44,092 nucleotides of DNA from a virus (taxonomy: Duplodnaviria; Caudoviricetes). A model generated the notes under the pieces. The model was not told the origin of the DNA. It saw only the letters and a list, made by a program, of their open reading frames with translations, and searched no databases. Positions 18,134 to 28,900 of this stretch are shown piece after piece (the stretch's first letter is position 1; the number at the start of each line of letters is the position of its first letter). Location of the stretch: positions 1 to 44,092 of IMG/VR virus record IMGVR_UViG_3300032288_004906, one strand, 5' to 3'. The translations under genes and the position numbers were made by a program.

Positions 18134-18505
18134 ATGGCATACGAGTCGTCTCAGGGCATTAAGTTCTCTTTCGCCGGTGTCACGTACACGGCGTCGCAGA
18201 TTTCGCTCTCGAAGAGCGTGAGTGAGATCGACGTCACGTCGCTTGAGTCAAAGCACGGCTCCTACCGGTCGTACCGTCCGGCTTCGATCCTTGAGGGCGA
18301 CGAACTCAGCATGGAGTTCATCGGTCTCACCATCCCGATGCAGACCGCCACGGGTGCGATTGCGTGGACGATCGACGGCAGCGGCTCGAACGCGGCCTTC
18401 ACGACCGGCATCCCGACCGCCGCCCTCTGCACGAGCGCGAGCGTGACGGCGCAGGTCGGCGAACTGATCCGGGGCAACGCGACCTTCCGCCTGTCCCAGA
18501 ACTGA
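18134..18505 (+). CDS. Putative major tail tube protein
   Basis: Position, strong RBS (AAGGAGG), EIDVTSL motif, C-terminal AQVGELIRGNATFRLS. Confidence 0.7.
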   Translation: MAYESSQGIKFSFAGVTYTASQISLSKSVSEIDVTSLESKHGSYRSYRPASILEGDELSMEFIGLTIPMQTATGAIAWTIDGSGSNAAFTTGIPTAALCTSASVTAQVGELIRGNATFRLSQN

Positions 18506-18525
18506 TTGTCTGGATACTCTGACGG

Positions 18526-18933
18526 ATGATCACTCCGCACGGAGCCGTATGCACGTGGGGGACGACGAGGCTGAACATTCAGTCTCTTCGCTTCTCGGCA
18601 TCGGCTCCTGCGGAGATCGACATCACGGGGATGCAGGCGATTGTCGACACAGACCCGAACTACAGCAATCGCAAGATCGTTCGCAGGCAGGTCGACTACG
18701 GCGTCCGCGACCTCGGCGAGGTGACCGTAGAGTTCATCGCAAACACGTCTGTTTTGGGTCTCGATCGGTTCATCGGCACTCGCCGCCAACTGATTTTCAC
18801 GTCGACGGCCGGTGGCGGCGCCGGATACCTCACCGTCACGTCTCCGTTTGCCTTCCTGACGGCGGCTTCGCTTCAGGCTCAGGTCGGAGACCTCGTGAGG
18901 GGGAACTTAACTTTCAAGTTGTCTGATCAGTAG
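18526..18933 (+). CDS. Second tail-tube-like paralogue
   Basis: Shares EIDITG and AQVGDLVRGNLTFKLS with the preceding gene. Confidence 0.6.
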   Translation: MITPHGAVCTWGTTRLNIQSLRFSASAPAEIDITGMQAIVDTDPNYSNRKIVRRQVDYGVRDLGEVTVEFIANTSVLGLDRFIGTRRQLIFTSTAGGGAGYLTVTSPFAFLTAASLQAQVGDLVRGNLTFKLSDQ

Positions 18934-18981
18934 TCTGGTTGTACGGATACGGTTTCTTTTCCCAGTTGATGAGGTAGGCCA

Positions 18982-19329
18982 ATGGCAATGCTTTCCAAGT
19001 CGGCAATTCTCTCTGCCGACGACAAGAAGATCATCACCGTCGACGTCCCCGAGTGGGGCGGCAGCGTGGGGATCCGAGTAATGAGCGGCACGGAGCGTGA
19101 CCGCTTCGAGTCGGAGTTCGTCGGCGGCAACAAGTCCGTCGACATGGTGCGGGCGAAACTCGTCGCCAAGTGCCTGTGCGACGAGGACGGCGACCGTCTC
19201 TTCACAGAGCAGGAAATCCCCGCTCTGGGCGAGAAGTCGGCCGCTGTGCTCGACAAACTCTTCACGGCCTGCATGAAGCACAACCGCTTCACGAAGGACG
19301 ACGTCGAGGAACTGGCGGGAAACTCCTAA
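18982..19329 (+). CDS. Tail assembly chaperone (G-like)
   Basis: VDVPEWGGSVGIRVMSGTERDRFE; upstream of tape measure; slippery site just before the stop. Confidence 0.85.
   Translation: MAMLSKSAILSADDKKIITVDVPEWGGSVGIRVMSGTERDRFESEFVGGNKSVDMVRAKLVAKCLCDEDGDRLFTEQEIPALGEKSAAVLDKLFTACMKHNRFTKDDVEELAGNS
19317..19323 (+). other. Programmed -1 frameshift slippery site G-GGA-AAC
   Basis: X XXY YYZ heptamer in phase with the chaperone; the -1 frame is open to 19628. Confidence 0.8.
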
Positions 19330-19628
19330 ACCGCCCACGCAGGCTGTTTGAGTTTCGGCTCGCTCTTGCGCTCGGGCGGTCCCACCGGGAACTGCTTGAG
19401 ACGGTGGACGCTCGCGAACTCGCAGAGTGGGAGGCATTCTGGAAAATAGAACCTTGGGGAGACGAGTGGCGCCAAACCGCTCGCCTCGCCACGGCTCTAT
19501 GCACGGCATGGGGCGCAAAGCGGCTCGAAGAAGAGATGCTGATGCCCTCCCACCGGAAGCCTGTCCAGACGCAAGAGCAGATGCTGGCGGAGTTGATGAA
19601 ACTCTCTCGGCACGCCGGAGGCCAGTAA
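19317..19628 (+). CDS. Frameshifted extension of the tail chaperone (GT-like)
   Basis: LFEFRLALALG...ELAEWEAFWKIEPWG; ends 3 nt before the tape measure ATG. Confidence 0.75.
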   Translation, partial: GKLLNRPRRLFEFRLALALGRSHRELLETVDARELAEWEAFWKIEPWGDEWRQTARLATALCTAWGAKRLEEEMLMPSHRKPVQTQEQMLAELMKLSRHAGGQ

Positions 19629-19631
19629 CCG

Positions 19632-22600
19632 ATGGCGACTATCGGCCGCATCTCCGTTGCATTTGGCGTCGACCTTGGCGAACTGAACAAGGGCATCGAC
19701 AAGGCGATTGACCGCTTCGACGAGATCACGAAATCGGTTGAGTCGCTGTCGGACACTCTGGACGACCTCTCTGGCAAGGTGATCGAAATAGCGGTCCGCG
19801 CCGACACTTCGGCTGCGGAGCGAGCGCTCAAGTCCGTCGCCGACGTCGACGATCTGGCGACCGAGATCAAAGTGACCGCTGCTGTCGACACTTCCGATGT
19901 CACAGACGCCAGAAAGAAGGTGCGTCAGGAGTCCAAGGAGATCGAGTCAGCGTCTCCGAAGGTCAAGGTTCGCGTTGACTCCAATTTCCTGTCCGGCTTC
20001 TACAAGTCTCTAGCGTCGCAGGTGAAGGAGGCGTCCGAGGGCGTTGTTGAGTTCGGGGAGGAGGCCGGATCGGCATTCAAGTCGGTCGGCTCCGCAGCCA
20101 ATGCCATCGGTGACGTTGTCGACGGTACAGCCACGTCTATCGACGGGCTTGTCACGGCTGCTGGCAGAGCCAATGTCGCGTACGGGAAGTACCGCGAGGT
20201 CGTTGACGCTGCCGTCGGTGCGACGAGCGGATTCATCGTCGCCGCCGGTGGTCTTCGCAGCATTGTGCTGGCAACAGGCGGAAGCATGGCGGCAGCCGCC
20301 AAGGTCGGCGGTGCCTTGGCTGGCACTCTCGCAGCCGGTGCAGCCGGTGCAGTGACGTATGCAGCGGTGATGGGCGTCGCAAGAGTCGCAACCGCCGGAC
20401 TAAGCGAGGAGGCGCGTGGATATGCAAACGCGGCGGCATCGGTTGTCGCCGCGACGGCCGCTGCAACTGTGTCGGCCGTCTCGCTTGGGGCTGTGTCTAA
20501 GACAGTTGCCTCCGCCATCTGGAGTTCCAGTTCCGCATCGGAAGCACTTTCCAAGACGTTGTCGGCATTGGGTGGTGCCGCAGCGTCCGCAGGACGCTCA
20601 CTGGTGCAGAACTTCGCATCCGTGGCTGCCGCATTTGCTGCCGTCAACGTGGCGTCTGGGAAGTTCTCGGAGGCCATGCAGCGAATTGGGGCCGAGGCCG
20701 AGTCGACCCGCAACATGTCAGAGCGGTTCGGCACGTCTGTCGAGCAGATGCAGGTGCTCGGGTTTGCGGCTGACGCGGCTGGCGTCTCCATGGGGCAACT
20801 CGCCAAGGCACAGCAGGCGTTCTACACGAGCGTCGGAAAGATCAAGATAGGACAGTTGAACACCGAGACGACGAAGGAGGCGAAACTCGCCTTCGACAAA
20901 CTCGGCATCAGCCTCGAAGACATCCGGAACAAGAGTCCTCAGGAAATCTTCGCGATCGTCGGTGATGAACTGAACAAGGTGACTGACGCATCCGAGAGGA
21001 CCGCCATCGCCTTCGACTTGTTCGGAAAGCAGGGAGGCAACATCCTCCCGGCCCTGCGGGGCCTCAAGGATGCGTCCGCTGACGCCGCGAGGCTCGGGAC
21101 GGTGATGAGCAAGTCGAACTTCCGAATGTTCGAGGGCGTCGATCAGTCGTTCGACAGGCTCAAAGAGGCATCCAAGAACCTCTCGTCGACGATGCTCGTG
21201 GCGTTCGCTCCGCTTCAGACCGGCTTCAACAATCTCATGGCCGAGATCAAGGGCGGGCTCGCTGCTGCATTGGAACCCATGCGAAGCCTGTTCGCAGCCG
21301 CCACCGTGCCTTTGCAGGTGATGCTGGAGGTTGTCGGAAGGCTGATCAATATCTTCCTGCGGCTCGTCGGTGTCGTCGCAAAGTTTGCAACAGCGGCATC
21401 CAATGCCCCCGCCATCGCGGTCGCGTGGTCGGCTCTTGGTGACGTCGTCAAGGCCGTTCTCGTTCCGTTTGAGGAGGTGGTTTCCGTTCTGGAAAAGATC
21501 GCCTCTGTGTTCATGGACGCCGTCACCCCAGCGGTCGACGGGGCGACGTCGGTGTTCGACAAACTGGTCTTCGCCGTCAAGACGTTCGCCGCCACGGTTG
21601 TCACGGCCGGTGTCGCGTCTGCTGTCATGCAGTCTTTCGGGATGCAGGCTGGCGTCGCGTTCTCGACGTTTGCCAAGGGGTTGTTGTCAGTGGATTTTGC
21701 AGCATGGGGCAAGACCGTGCTGTCAACACTACGTCTGATTACTGTCGGAGTCGCCCAGACGGCAATCACGGCGGTCAAGAACTTCACGCTGATGGGGATC
21801 TCGGCCATCGCGAACTTCGTGACCCCGGCCGTCACGGGGGTAGCGACGTTCATTGCCAGCATTACCGGCGCATCGGCCGCATCGCTGATCGCAGCGACCG
21901 GAATGGCAGCGGCATGGGCGATTGCATCGCTCGGGCTGACGCTCCTCATCTCTGGAGCCATCGCCGTCTACCAGAACTTCGATGAGTTGGCTGACTACTT
22001 CGCCAACTTTGGCGAGAACGTCAAGAAACTGTTCACGTTTGAGGGCGCCGCCGACGCCGCGAAGGCTGTTGCTGGCGCGATCTGGAACGCATTCAAGTCT
22101 ATCCTCGGCGGCATCGGTGGATTCATCGGGGCCATCATCGCGAAGATCACAGGCGCCTTTCAGTCTATCGAGCCACCTCCAGCCATCGACGCCGCCAAGG
22201 CAAGCGCGGAAGAGATCGTCAAACAGCGGCAGCGGACCGCACAGGCGAAGTTTGATCAGACGCGAACCGTTCAGGTGCAGTTCGACGCCATGGGGCTCGG
22301 CGCCGCTGCTCCGGAGCCAGTCAAGCCTCCGACGGAAGACTACGACGCGATGGCGCAGTCCATCAAGGACGGCCGCTCGCAGTTAGCAGCGTTGTCGTTT
22401 GAGGCGGCGAGATTCGGCGACAAGGGGAAGACGGCAGCACTGGAGGCGCAGAAGAATTTCAACAAACTGCTCGACAGCCTGTCGAAGGGCGAGATCAGTC
22501 CACAGAAATTCGAGGAGTCTGCGAAGAAGATTCAGAAGAGCCTCCGCGAGAACATCGCGATCGAGGACGTGATCTCTCCAGAGGAAGTCCAGCAGTTTCT

Positions 22601-24674
22601 CTCCACGCTGCAAGATGCGTCGAAGCAGGCTGCGAAGGCGGTCCGAGACATCTCGGCAGGGACCGTCGTGGAGGGCAAGTTCTTCCCGACGTCGGACTCC
22701 ATCAAGCGACAGGCTGACGAGTTCAAGGCTGAGTACGACGCGAGGCTGCGTGAGATCGCCCGCATGGCGAGTGAGGGCGCGTTCGGCGAGGGCGATCAGG
22801 GCAAGCAGAACATGCTTGCCGCGCAAGAGGACGCCGCTAGGCAGTTCCAGCGAAACATGGACACCGTCAGCAGGGACATGTCCTTCGCCGACAACATCCG
22901 TAAAGAATTGGAGACGGCGTTCCTGTCTCCGGTCGAGCAGTTCCAGAAGGAACTCGACAAGATTCGCAGCAACAAGAGTCTGCAAGGTCCGGAGAGAACT
23001 CTGGCGGAGCAGAATCTCCGGCGTCAGGCCCGAGAGAATCTCGTCGGCAAGAGCGCATCCCAGCAGTTCCAAGATCGACAGCGAGACCTGAATCAGGGCT
23101 CCCAGCAGGGGCTGATCTCGCCCGAGGAACTGTCCGTCGAGTTGCAGAAGAACGCGAACACGCTCGCTCAGGCACTCGGCATTCCGGTCAAGCCGTCGTC
23201 GGAACTGGACATCGCCCTTGCCAACTTGCAGACGGCCGTCGAGGACGGCTCGATCTCTATGCAGGCGTTTGTCGACGGCACGAAGGCTGCGAGAGATAAG
23301 TTCCTCGCGTCGCTCGGGATCAGCAAGAGGCCGGAAGACACGGATCGCGAGCGGCTCCGTGGGCTTCAGGAGAACGCTGGCAGGCTGTCGCAGGACGAGT
23401 TGGCCCGTGGCAGGCGGGAACTCGAAGCGAGCATTATCGGCGAATCGTCCGCAGACAGGTTTGCAGCCCAGCGTCAGCGGATTGAGTCCGGCATTCAGTC
23501 CGGGGCTGTCAGTCGGGGGCGAGGCGAGGCAGCCCTTCGTTCGCTCGACGTCGAGCAAAAACAGGCGGCTGGGCTCAAGCCGTCCGCCGTGCAGTTGCTC
23601 GCCGTCAGCGTTGACAAGGTCAATGATGCGTTTGGAGTCTCTGGGAGAACGCTTTCTCAGATACAGGCCACACTGTCGCCTGAGCAGTTCGAGTCGTATC
23701 AAGAGGCCGTGTCAGACGCGAGGGACTCGTTCTTGCAGTCCATCGGAATCGCCACCGACCCGATGTCCGAGTTCTCGGATCTGATGGACGATATGAACGA
23801 GGCCTTGCAGCAAGGCATCATTACTCAGGAAGAGTTCGCGAAGGGTGCGGCTGACCAGAGAAAGAAGTTGGCCGACTCGCTGGGGATTCGCGAAGACCCG
23901 TCGATCAAGTTGACGAAGGACATTCAGGAACTGGAAAAACTTCGCAAGGAAACTCGCGACAAGATCGACCCGCTCACAGGAAGGCCGGTCATCGACCCGG
24001 CTACCGGCAAGCCAGTGCAAGAGCGGGTCTTTACAGATGCCCAGATTGATCGGGCCATTCAGGACAAGCGAGACGCGGCTCTCCCGGGAACGGTTGACAG
24101 GACTGTCCGAAACTTTGTTGACGATTCACAGACGCTCGACAGGGCTCAGTTTGGTCGCACCCAGCGTGAGATGGCCGCTGAGGCCAACAGAATCCGATCT
24201 GGTCAACTTGATTTTGGCGACCTTAAAAGGATGGGAGAACTCATGCTTCAGGGGCTCAACCCGAAGCAGGTACAGGCTCAACTTGTCCGCGAAGTAGGCA
24301 TGAGCAAGTCGCAGAAAGAAATTGGGGACATTGTCAGAAACGCTCGCTCAGAAGGTCGCCAACTCACCGGCGAAGAGCGTCAAAAGATCGCGACTCTCCG
24401 CCAGCAAGACTCCGAGTTCGCAGAGCGTCGACTTTCTCTTCAGGCAGACCTTCAGGATCAATTGAAGGCCGAGTTCGGCCCGGACCGCCGCGTGACGCAG
24501 GGGTCAGACATTCGCAGCAAGGAAGGCGTCGACACATTCTTCAGGCTCGTGCAGGGGCAGGACAACCCGTCACTCAAGGCCCAACTGGAATCCGCGAGGA
24601 CGCTGCGGAACATCTATCAGGCGCTCTCTGAGCCTGAGTCCGCCCCAGTCGTGGCCCAACTCGCAGCGAGGTAG
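19632..24674 (+). CDS. Tail tape measure protein (1680 aa)
   Basis: Long Ala/Gly-rich helical protein after the chaperones; MATIGRISV start, AFDLFGKQG motif. Confidence 0.92.
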   Translation: MATIGRISVAFGVDLGELNKGIDKAIDRFDEITKSVESLSDTLDDLSGKVIEIAVRADTSAAERALKSVADVDDLATEIKVTAAVDTSDVTDARKKVRQESKEIESASPKVKVRVDSNFLSGFYKSLASQVKEASEGVVEFGEEAGSAFKSVGSAANAIGDVVDGTATSIDGLVTAAGRANVAYGKYREVVDAAVGATSGFIVAAGGLRSIVLATGGSMAAAAKVGGALAGTLAAGAAGAVTYAAVMGVARVATAGLSEEARGYANAAASVVAATAAATVSAVSLGAVSKTVASAIWSSSSASEALSKTLSALGGAAASAGRSLVQNFASVAAAFAAVNVASGKFSEAMQRIGAEAESTRNMSERFGTSVEQMQVLGFAADAAGVSMGQLAKAQQAFYTSVGKIKIGQLNTETTKEAKLAFDKLGISLEDIRNKSPQEIFAIVGDELNKVTDASERTAIAFDLFGKQGGNILPALRGLKDASADAARLGTVMSKSNFRMFEGVDQSFDRLKEASKNLSSTMLVAFAPLQTGFNNLMAEIKGGLAAALEPMRSLFAAATVPLQVMLEVVGRLINIFLRLVGVVAKFATAASNAPAIAVAWSALGDVVKAVLVPFEEVVSVLEKIASVFMDAVTPAVDGATSVFDKLVFAVKTFAATVVTAGVASAVMQSFGMQAGVAFSTFAKGLLSVDFAAWGKTVLSTLRLITVGVAQTAITAVKNFTLMGISAIANFVTPAVTGVATFIASITGASAASLIAATGMAAAWAIASLGLTLLISGAIAVYQNFDELADYFANFGENVKKLFTFEGAADAAKAVAGAIWNAFKSILGGIGGFIGAIIAKITGAFQSIEPPPAIDAAKASAEEIVKQRQRTAQAKFDQTRTVQVQFDAMGLGAAAPEPVKPPTEDYDAMAQSIKDGRSQLAALSFEAARFGDKGKTAALEAQKNFNKLLDSLSKGEISPQKFEESAKKIQKSLRENIAIEDVISPEEVQQFLSTLQDASKQAAKAVRDISAGTVVEGKFFPTSDSIKRQADEFKAEYDARLREIARMASEGAFGEGDQGKQNMLAAQEDAARQFQRNMDTVSRDMSFADNIRKELETAFLSPVEQFQKELDKIRSNKSLQGPERTLAEQNLRRQARENLVGKSASQQFQDRQRDLNQGSQQGLISPEELSVELQKNANTLAQALGIPVKPSSELDIALANLQTAVEDGSISMQAFVDGTKAARDKFLASLGISKRPEDTDRERLRGLQENAGRLSQDELARGRRELEASIIGESSADRFAAQRQRIESGIQSGAVSRGRGEAALRSLDVEQKQAAGLKPSAVQLLAVSVDKVNDAFGVSGRTLSQIQATLSPEQFESYQEAVSDARDSFLQSIGIATDPMSEFSDLMDDMNEALQQGIITQEEFAKGAADQRKKLADSLGIREDPSIKLTKDIQELEKLRKETRDKIDPLTGRPVIDPATGKPVQERVFTDAQIDRAIQDKRDAALPGTVDRTVRNFVDDSQTLDRAQFGRTQREMAAEANRIRSGQLDFGDLKRMGELMLQGLNPKQVQAQLVREVGMSKSQKEIGDIVRNARSEGRQLTGEERQKIATLRQQDSEFAERRLSLQADLQDQLKAEFGPDRRVTQGSDIRSKEGVDTFFRLVQGQDNPSLKAQLESARTLRNIYQALSEPESAPVVAQLAAR

Positions 24675-24676
24675 TC

Positions 24677-25546
24677 ATGGCAATCGTCGACTGGAGAGAG
24701 ATGTATCGCGGTCGGGGCCGTCAGGCGCAGTTCGGCGACGTGCCGGTCTACACGCGGATCTTCCTTGTCCGCGTCGACGACATGAACACGCCTCTGCAAG
24801 ACATCTCTGCGGCTCCAAATATCGCGTGGCTGGCTCCGCACCCGGAAAATCCGAATGCACTCCTGATCGACTCGTCCGTCCAGCAGGACGGCGAGAGCCC
24901 GTTCCACTACAAACTGACGTTCACGTACAAGAGCGGCGAGGACATTTTTGCGTCTCCGTTCGATCGCCCTGACCAGTTCTCGTTCTCTGGATCTCTGGCG
25001 TCGGCACCTGCGTTCTGGCACTACTCCGGCAGCGACAACGTGACGAAGCAGATCATCGTCAACTCTGCTGGAGACCCGATCGGCGGTCTCGACCGCGACG
25101 AGGGTGAGTTCATGGTGACAATCACCGGGAACCGCCCAGAGCCTTTCCCGTTTGTATTGGCACAGCAGTACGTCGGCGCTATCAACTCCGATACGTGGAG
25201 TGGAGGCGCTCCGAAGACGTGGAAGTGCATGAGCATTACAGGAAATCGCAAAATCGAAGAAGTCGCTGGCACAAAGTACGTATACTGGGAGGTGAACACG
25301 AGCCTCGCCTTTCGCGGGACGACGTGGGACTTGCAGACGTGGGACGTCGGGTTCAACGAACTTGTCGGAGGACAGCGGAGAAAGATCAAGGACTCGAACA
25401 ATGAGCCTGTCAGCGAGCCCGCTGCTCTGAACCCGAACGGAACCGCCAAGACTCCAGGGACGCCTCCCAACATCAAGGTGTTCCGCATCTACCCGATGCT
25501 TCCTTTCAACGGCGCCTTTCCAGTTATCCCGGGAACAACTCCGTGA
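24677..25546 (+). CDS. Putative tail tip / distal tail protein
   Basis: Directly follows tape measure; beta-rich 289 aa. Confidence 0.55.
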   Translation: MAIVDWREMYRGRGRQAQFGDVPVYTRIFLVRVDDMNTPLQDISAAPNIAWLAPHPENPNALLIDSSVQQDGESPFHYKLTFTYKSGEDIFASPFDRPDQFSFSGSLASAPAFWHYSGSDNVTKQIIVNSAGDPIGGLDRDEGEFMVTITGNRPEPFPFVLAQQYVGAINSDTWSGGAPKTWKCMSITGNRKIEEVAGTKYVYWEVNTSLAFRGTTWDLQTWDVGFNELVGGQRRKIKDSNNEPVSEPAALNPNGTAKTPGTPPNIKVFRIYPMLPFNGAFPVIPGTTP

Positions 25547-25911
25547 GTTTCGGGCCGACGCCAAACAGTCGCGGTGCCGGGAACTCGGGCGAGCAACTCG
25601 TCCAGTTTCGCCTCTCCGACGCGCAGCGGATCAGCAACGCTGTGACTTGGGTTGAAAGCCACCGCAGGGACAGGAAGCCGAGTTGGCTCCCAAGGGCGGC
25701 AGGGTCGAGTGTCGCCGCGACGGACAACGGCATCTACCTCGGCACGTTCACCGGACCATGGGCAAAAGGCGGGACTAAGAACGTGTACGTCGGCACAGCC
25801 TCGTATTCGGTCGTGAACCACTTTGCCACCGTCGACCTGTCTGGCAAGTGCGCGTTTGCGAGGATTGTGAACGGAGGCTCGTACATTCTCATCGCTGCGG
25901 AGTGCCAGTAG
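25543..25911 (+). CDS. Hypothetical tail-region protein
   Basis: Coupled GTGA start; ends LIAAECQ. Confidence 0.55.
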   Translation: MSFGPTPNSRGAGNSGEQLVQFRLSDAQRISNAVTWVESHRRDRKPSWLPRAAGSSVAATDNGIYLGTFTGPWAKGGTKNVYVGTASYSVVNHFATVDLSGKCAFARIVNGGSYILIAAECQ

Positions 25912-28900
25912 TGGAGCCGCTGAGTCTCGTCGTATGGGCCGTCTTCCTGTATTCACTGAGCATGTTTCCGCTGGGAATCATGCTCGGCTCTACATGCTGC
26001 CACTGTGACAATCGTGTCGAGTGCTTTTCACCGACACACAGATGCTTCCGCACACTGAGGACGTACCCGGACGGAAGGAAGACGGCGTCCAGCACGGTCG
26101 ACTACGTGCATTTCGGGCACTCGTATCTGAACGGACTCTCGTACAGCACTCCTTCAGTCAGTTACGGCACGTCAGCCAATCCGCGCTTGCCATACTCGGC
26201 TGGAGTGTTTTCCTCTCACGAGTCTTTTCAGTTCCAGTATTCCTTCAGGGTCCGGTACGCCCACCAACTGAGCCGAGATGAGTCTGCGACAATCACGCCC
26301 GCACTCGCCGTTCGTGGGAACGCCCACCTCGTCAGCGGCCAGTGTACAATCGGCCCGATCATCACCGCTCCCGTTTCGCTCGCGAAGAGCCCGTCGATCG
26401 TCATGCACGGGTGGGACTTCCCGCTGCTGGACTATACGTCTGAGATTTGGCTTGACTACGTATCAACAACTGGCGGTGCGAGATTTTACCAGAGCAACCT
26501 GCGAGAATGGAAAAAGTACGCTGCATGGTCAAGGCACGCTGTCGTGTCGCACGCTGTCGTGGGATTGGAACTTATTGGGGACGGCGTCGCGGCTGCGGCT
26601 ACGGCAGAGCAAATTAGATCGCTCTTGCAGATTCAGGTGGACGCCGACGGGTCGTACGCTTATTCGGCCACGATACCGGCCGGGATGTTTGACTACACGG
26701 CAGGCTACGGGGCGGTGAAGTGGACCGTTCGCGTAAGCCATGGGACCGCCTTCCATGATGAGATCGTTGGGGCTGACGTATGGAGTCTCGCCGCCCCAGA
26801 CCCCTCTGCCCCTGCGCCGCCCCTCCTGACGTCTGGCGTTCATATCCAGCCTCCTTCAGCAAGCAACGAGGCTCCACCGACGAGTTACTTTGACGAAGTC
26901 ACGGGGACGCTCCATGTCTGGCCCGCCACGCGATCCGACGTCGAGGTCGAACACGGACCGTTCACTTTTGCAGGATCACAGTCGCAGTTGGTTGTGGTGC
27001 AATCAATCACGGCGACGTCGTACACGGTCTCTCCAAACCCCATGGGGTGGACTACGAACAGCAGCGGAAAGATTATCAACCCGTCGTCGACGGTGGCGGT
27101 TGTGACAGAGATTCAGGGTTCCGTGACTTTTCCGCAGGGCGCGTACTTCCACAGGCCGATTGCGAACCTGTTCGACATGACCCCGTGCTACACGCGGGAT
27201 ACCTCGGCGGTCGCCGCGTACATGGCCGGAGAAGCAGGCCTCGTGTACTCGGTAGTCCAGTACGGGGAGCAGCGAGATGAGGAGTACAGACTCGACGCAG
27301 ACAATCCGCTGTGCGGTCTCCCGCTGACGCACCTCCCAGCCTCGCTGCTGCCAGAGTCCGTGACGGTCACGAGGACCGACGGCGAGCCTCTCTATGAAAC
27401 AGTGTGCGACGACTGCCCGTCGACGGTTTCCATGAAGCGTACGAACAACGAGGTGTATTTCTACCCGGCGGCCGACATCCACAATACTGGTAGCGGCCGG
27501 AACCGCACGTATGCAGGCGGGAATACGTGGTATTACTACTACGGCTACTTGGGCGACCACGCCGCGACGCCGTTCGCCATCTCGCTGGCTGAGGTTGTCG
27601 GTCACACGGACGCGGTTGCTTATCTAGACTCGTTCTACGCTGATACCGTCGATGTCTCGCTCTGGCTTTCGACGGCAGACACTTCCGTCGCCGTGACGGC
27701 CGAAATCGGCGGCGAAGACTTCCCGGAAGGCTTCGACACCCCTCTAGTCAAACACGTCACGGAGCACGAGGCGACGCCAAGGACGATCGCCGTTCACGGG
27801 CATAAGGGAGTGTACCCGCACTCCAGTTACAAGGTTGAAGTCGAAATCTCGGACGTCGAAGTCGTGACGGCGTGGGAGGACACGTCCTACGCACAGGACT
27901 ACGACGTCAACCGGTACTGGGTTGTGAACGGCAGGGTAACAACGGAGCCATCGCCGGGATGGCCTTCGTACGACCAACTTGACTACATCACTGGCTCCTA
28001 CCCAAACCAGCCGCAGTTCGATCTCCCGAACGACAAGAAGGACGAGATCATCGACGCCATCAAGGCTCTCGATCCTTTCGTCGACGAAGCGTTCCTCAGC
28101 GACAGCGGCCAGTACAACTTCTACTCCCCGTCCCAGACCATCGCGATCTCGTGGCGGTACGACGGTGCCGATGGCGGTCAAACGCTCTACCGGCGACTAA
28201 AGTGCGACGGTACTTTTCTGACGGAGCCGTCCATCGGACGCACCCCCGGCCTCACCCTCTCCGAACCGCCGCCGCAGCCGTCCGGGGGCGGGCACATCTA
28301 CAGGTTCTCGTCGGCGTGGGGCTCGACGCAGTATTACCTTTGGACTACCGGGCATCCGAACCATATCAATTTGATCGACAACATCCCCGATCCGCCGGAA
28401 GAGATTCCGGCGGAGAGCCGATCGTTCCCGTACATCAACTACTCGGGCGCGTACGGAAGCACTTTTGTGCTTCCGACGCTCGTCGTCCCCCTACCGCCAA
28501 ACGACGAAGACACGTACGAGATTGCGTTCTACCAGTGCCTCAGCACGCTCACGAGCGACAGCGATCCTCCGAAGGAGCCGTACACGCTCCAGTGGATCAA
28601 CTGGAACCCTCCGCAGCCGACCGTCAACGGTCAGGTGACTGTTCCCGGGTCGCCATTGCAGTCGCAGGGGATCTACCTACTCAAGATCACGCTGTCCGTG
28701 GCGGTCACGAAGGGCGATCCTCCGGCGGATTCATGCGGCATTTCCGTGGCGGTCGGCAAGCCGGAGACATCTGTCGACGAGCCGCTTTCTAAAGAGGACG
28801 TGACGTTCACGTTCAGCACAGACTGCACGCTGCCATCGACGTTTCGCGGCCACGTCTGGCCTCACGCAGGCGTCCCGCATTCCTACTACTGGAACTACTA

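Noticed and set aside
19317-19323. Tail chaperone -1 frameshift as a novelty
   Set aside because: Well-known conserved feature of long-tailed phages; listed as a feature only
25848-25910. ORF-track start of the large tail protein (likewise upstream starts at 15817, 16604, 31618, 32574, 36639, 38119)
   Set aside because: These overlap upstream genes; downstream coupled starts fit better
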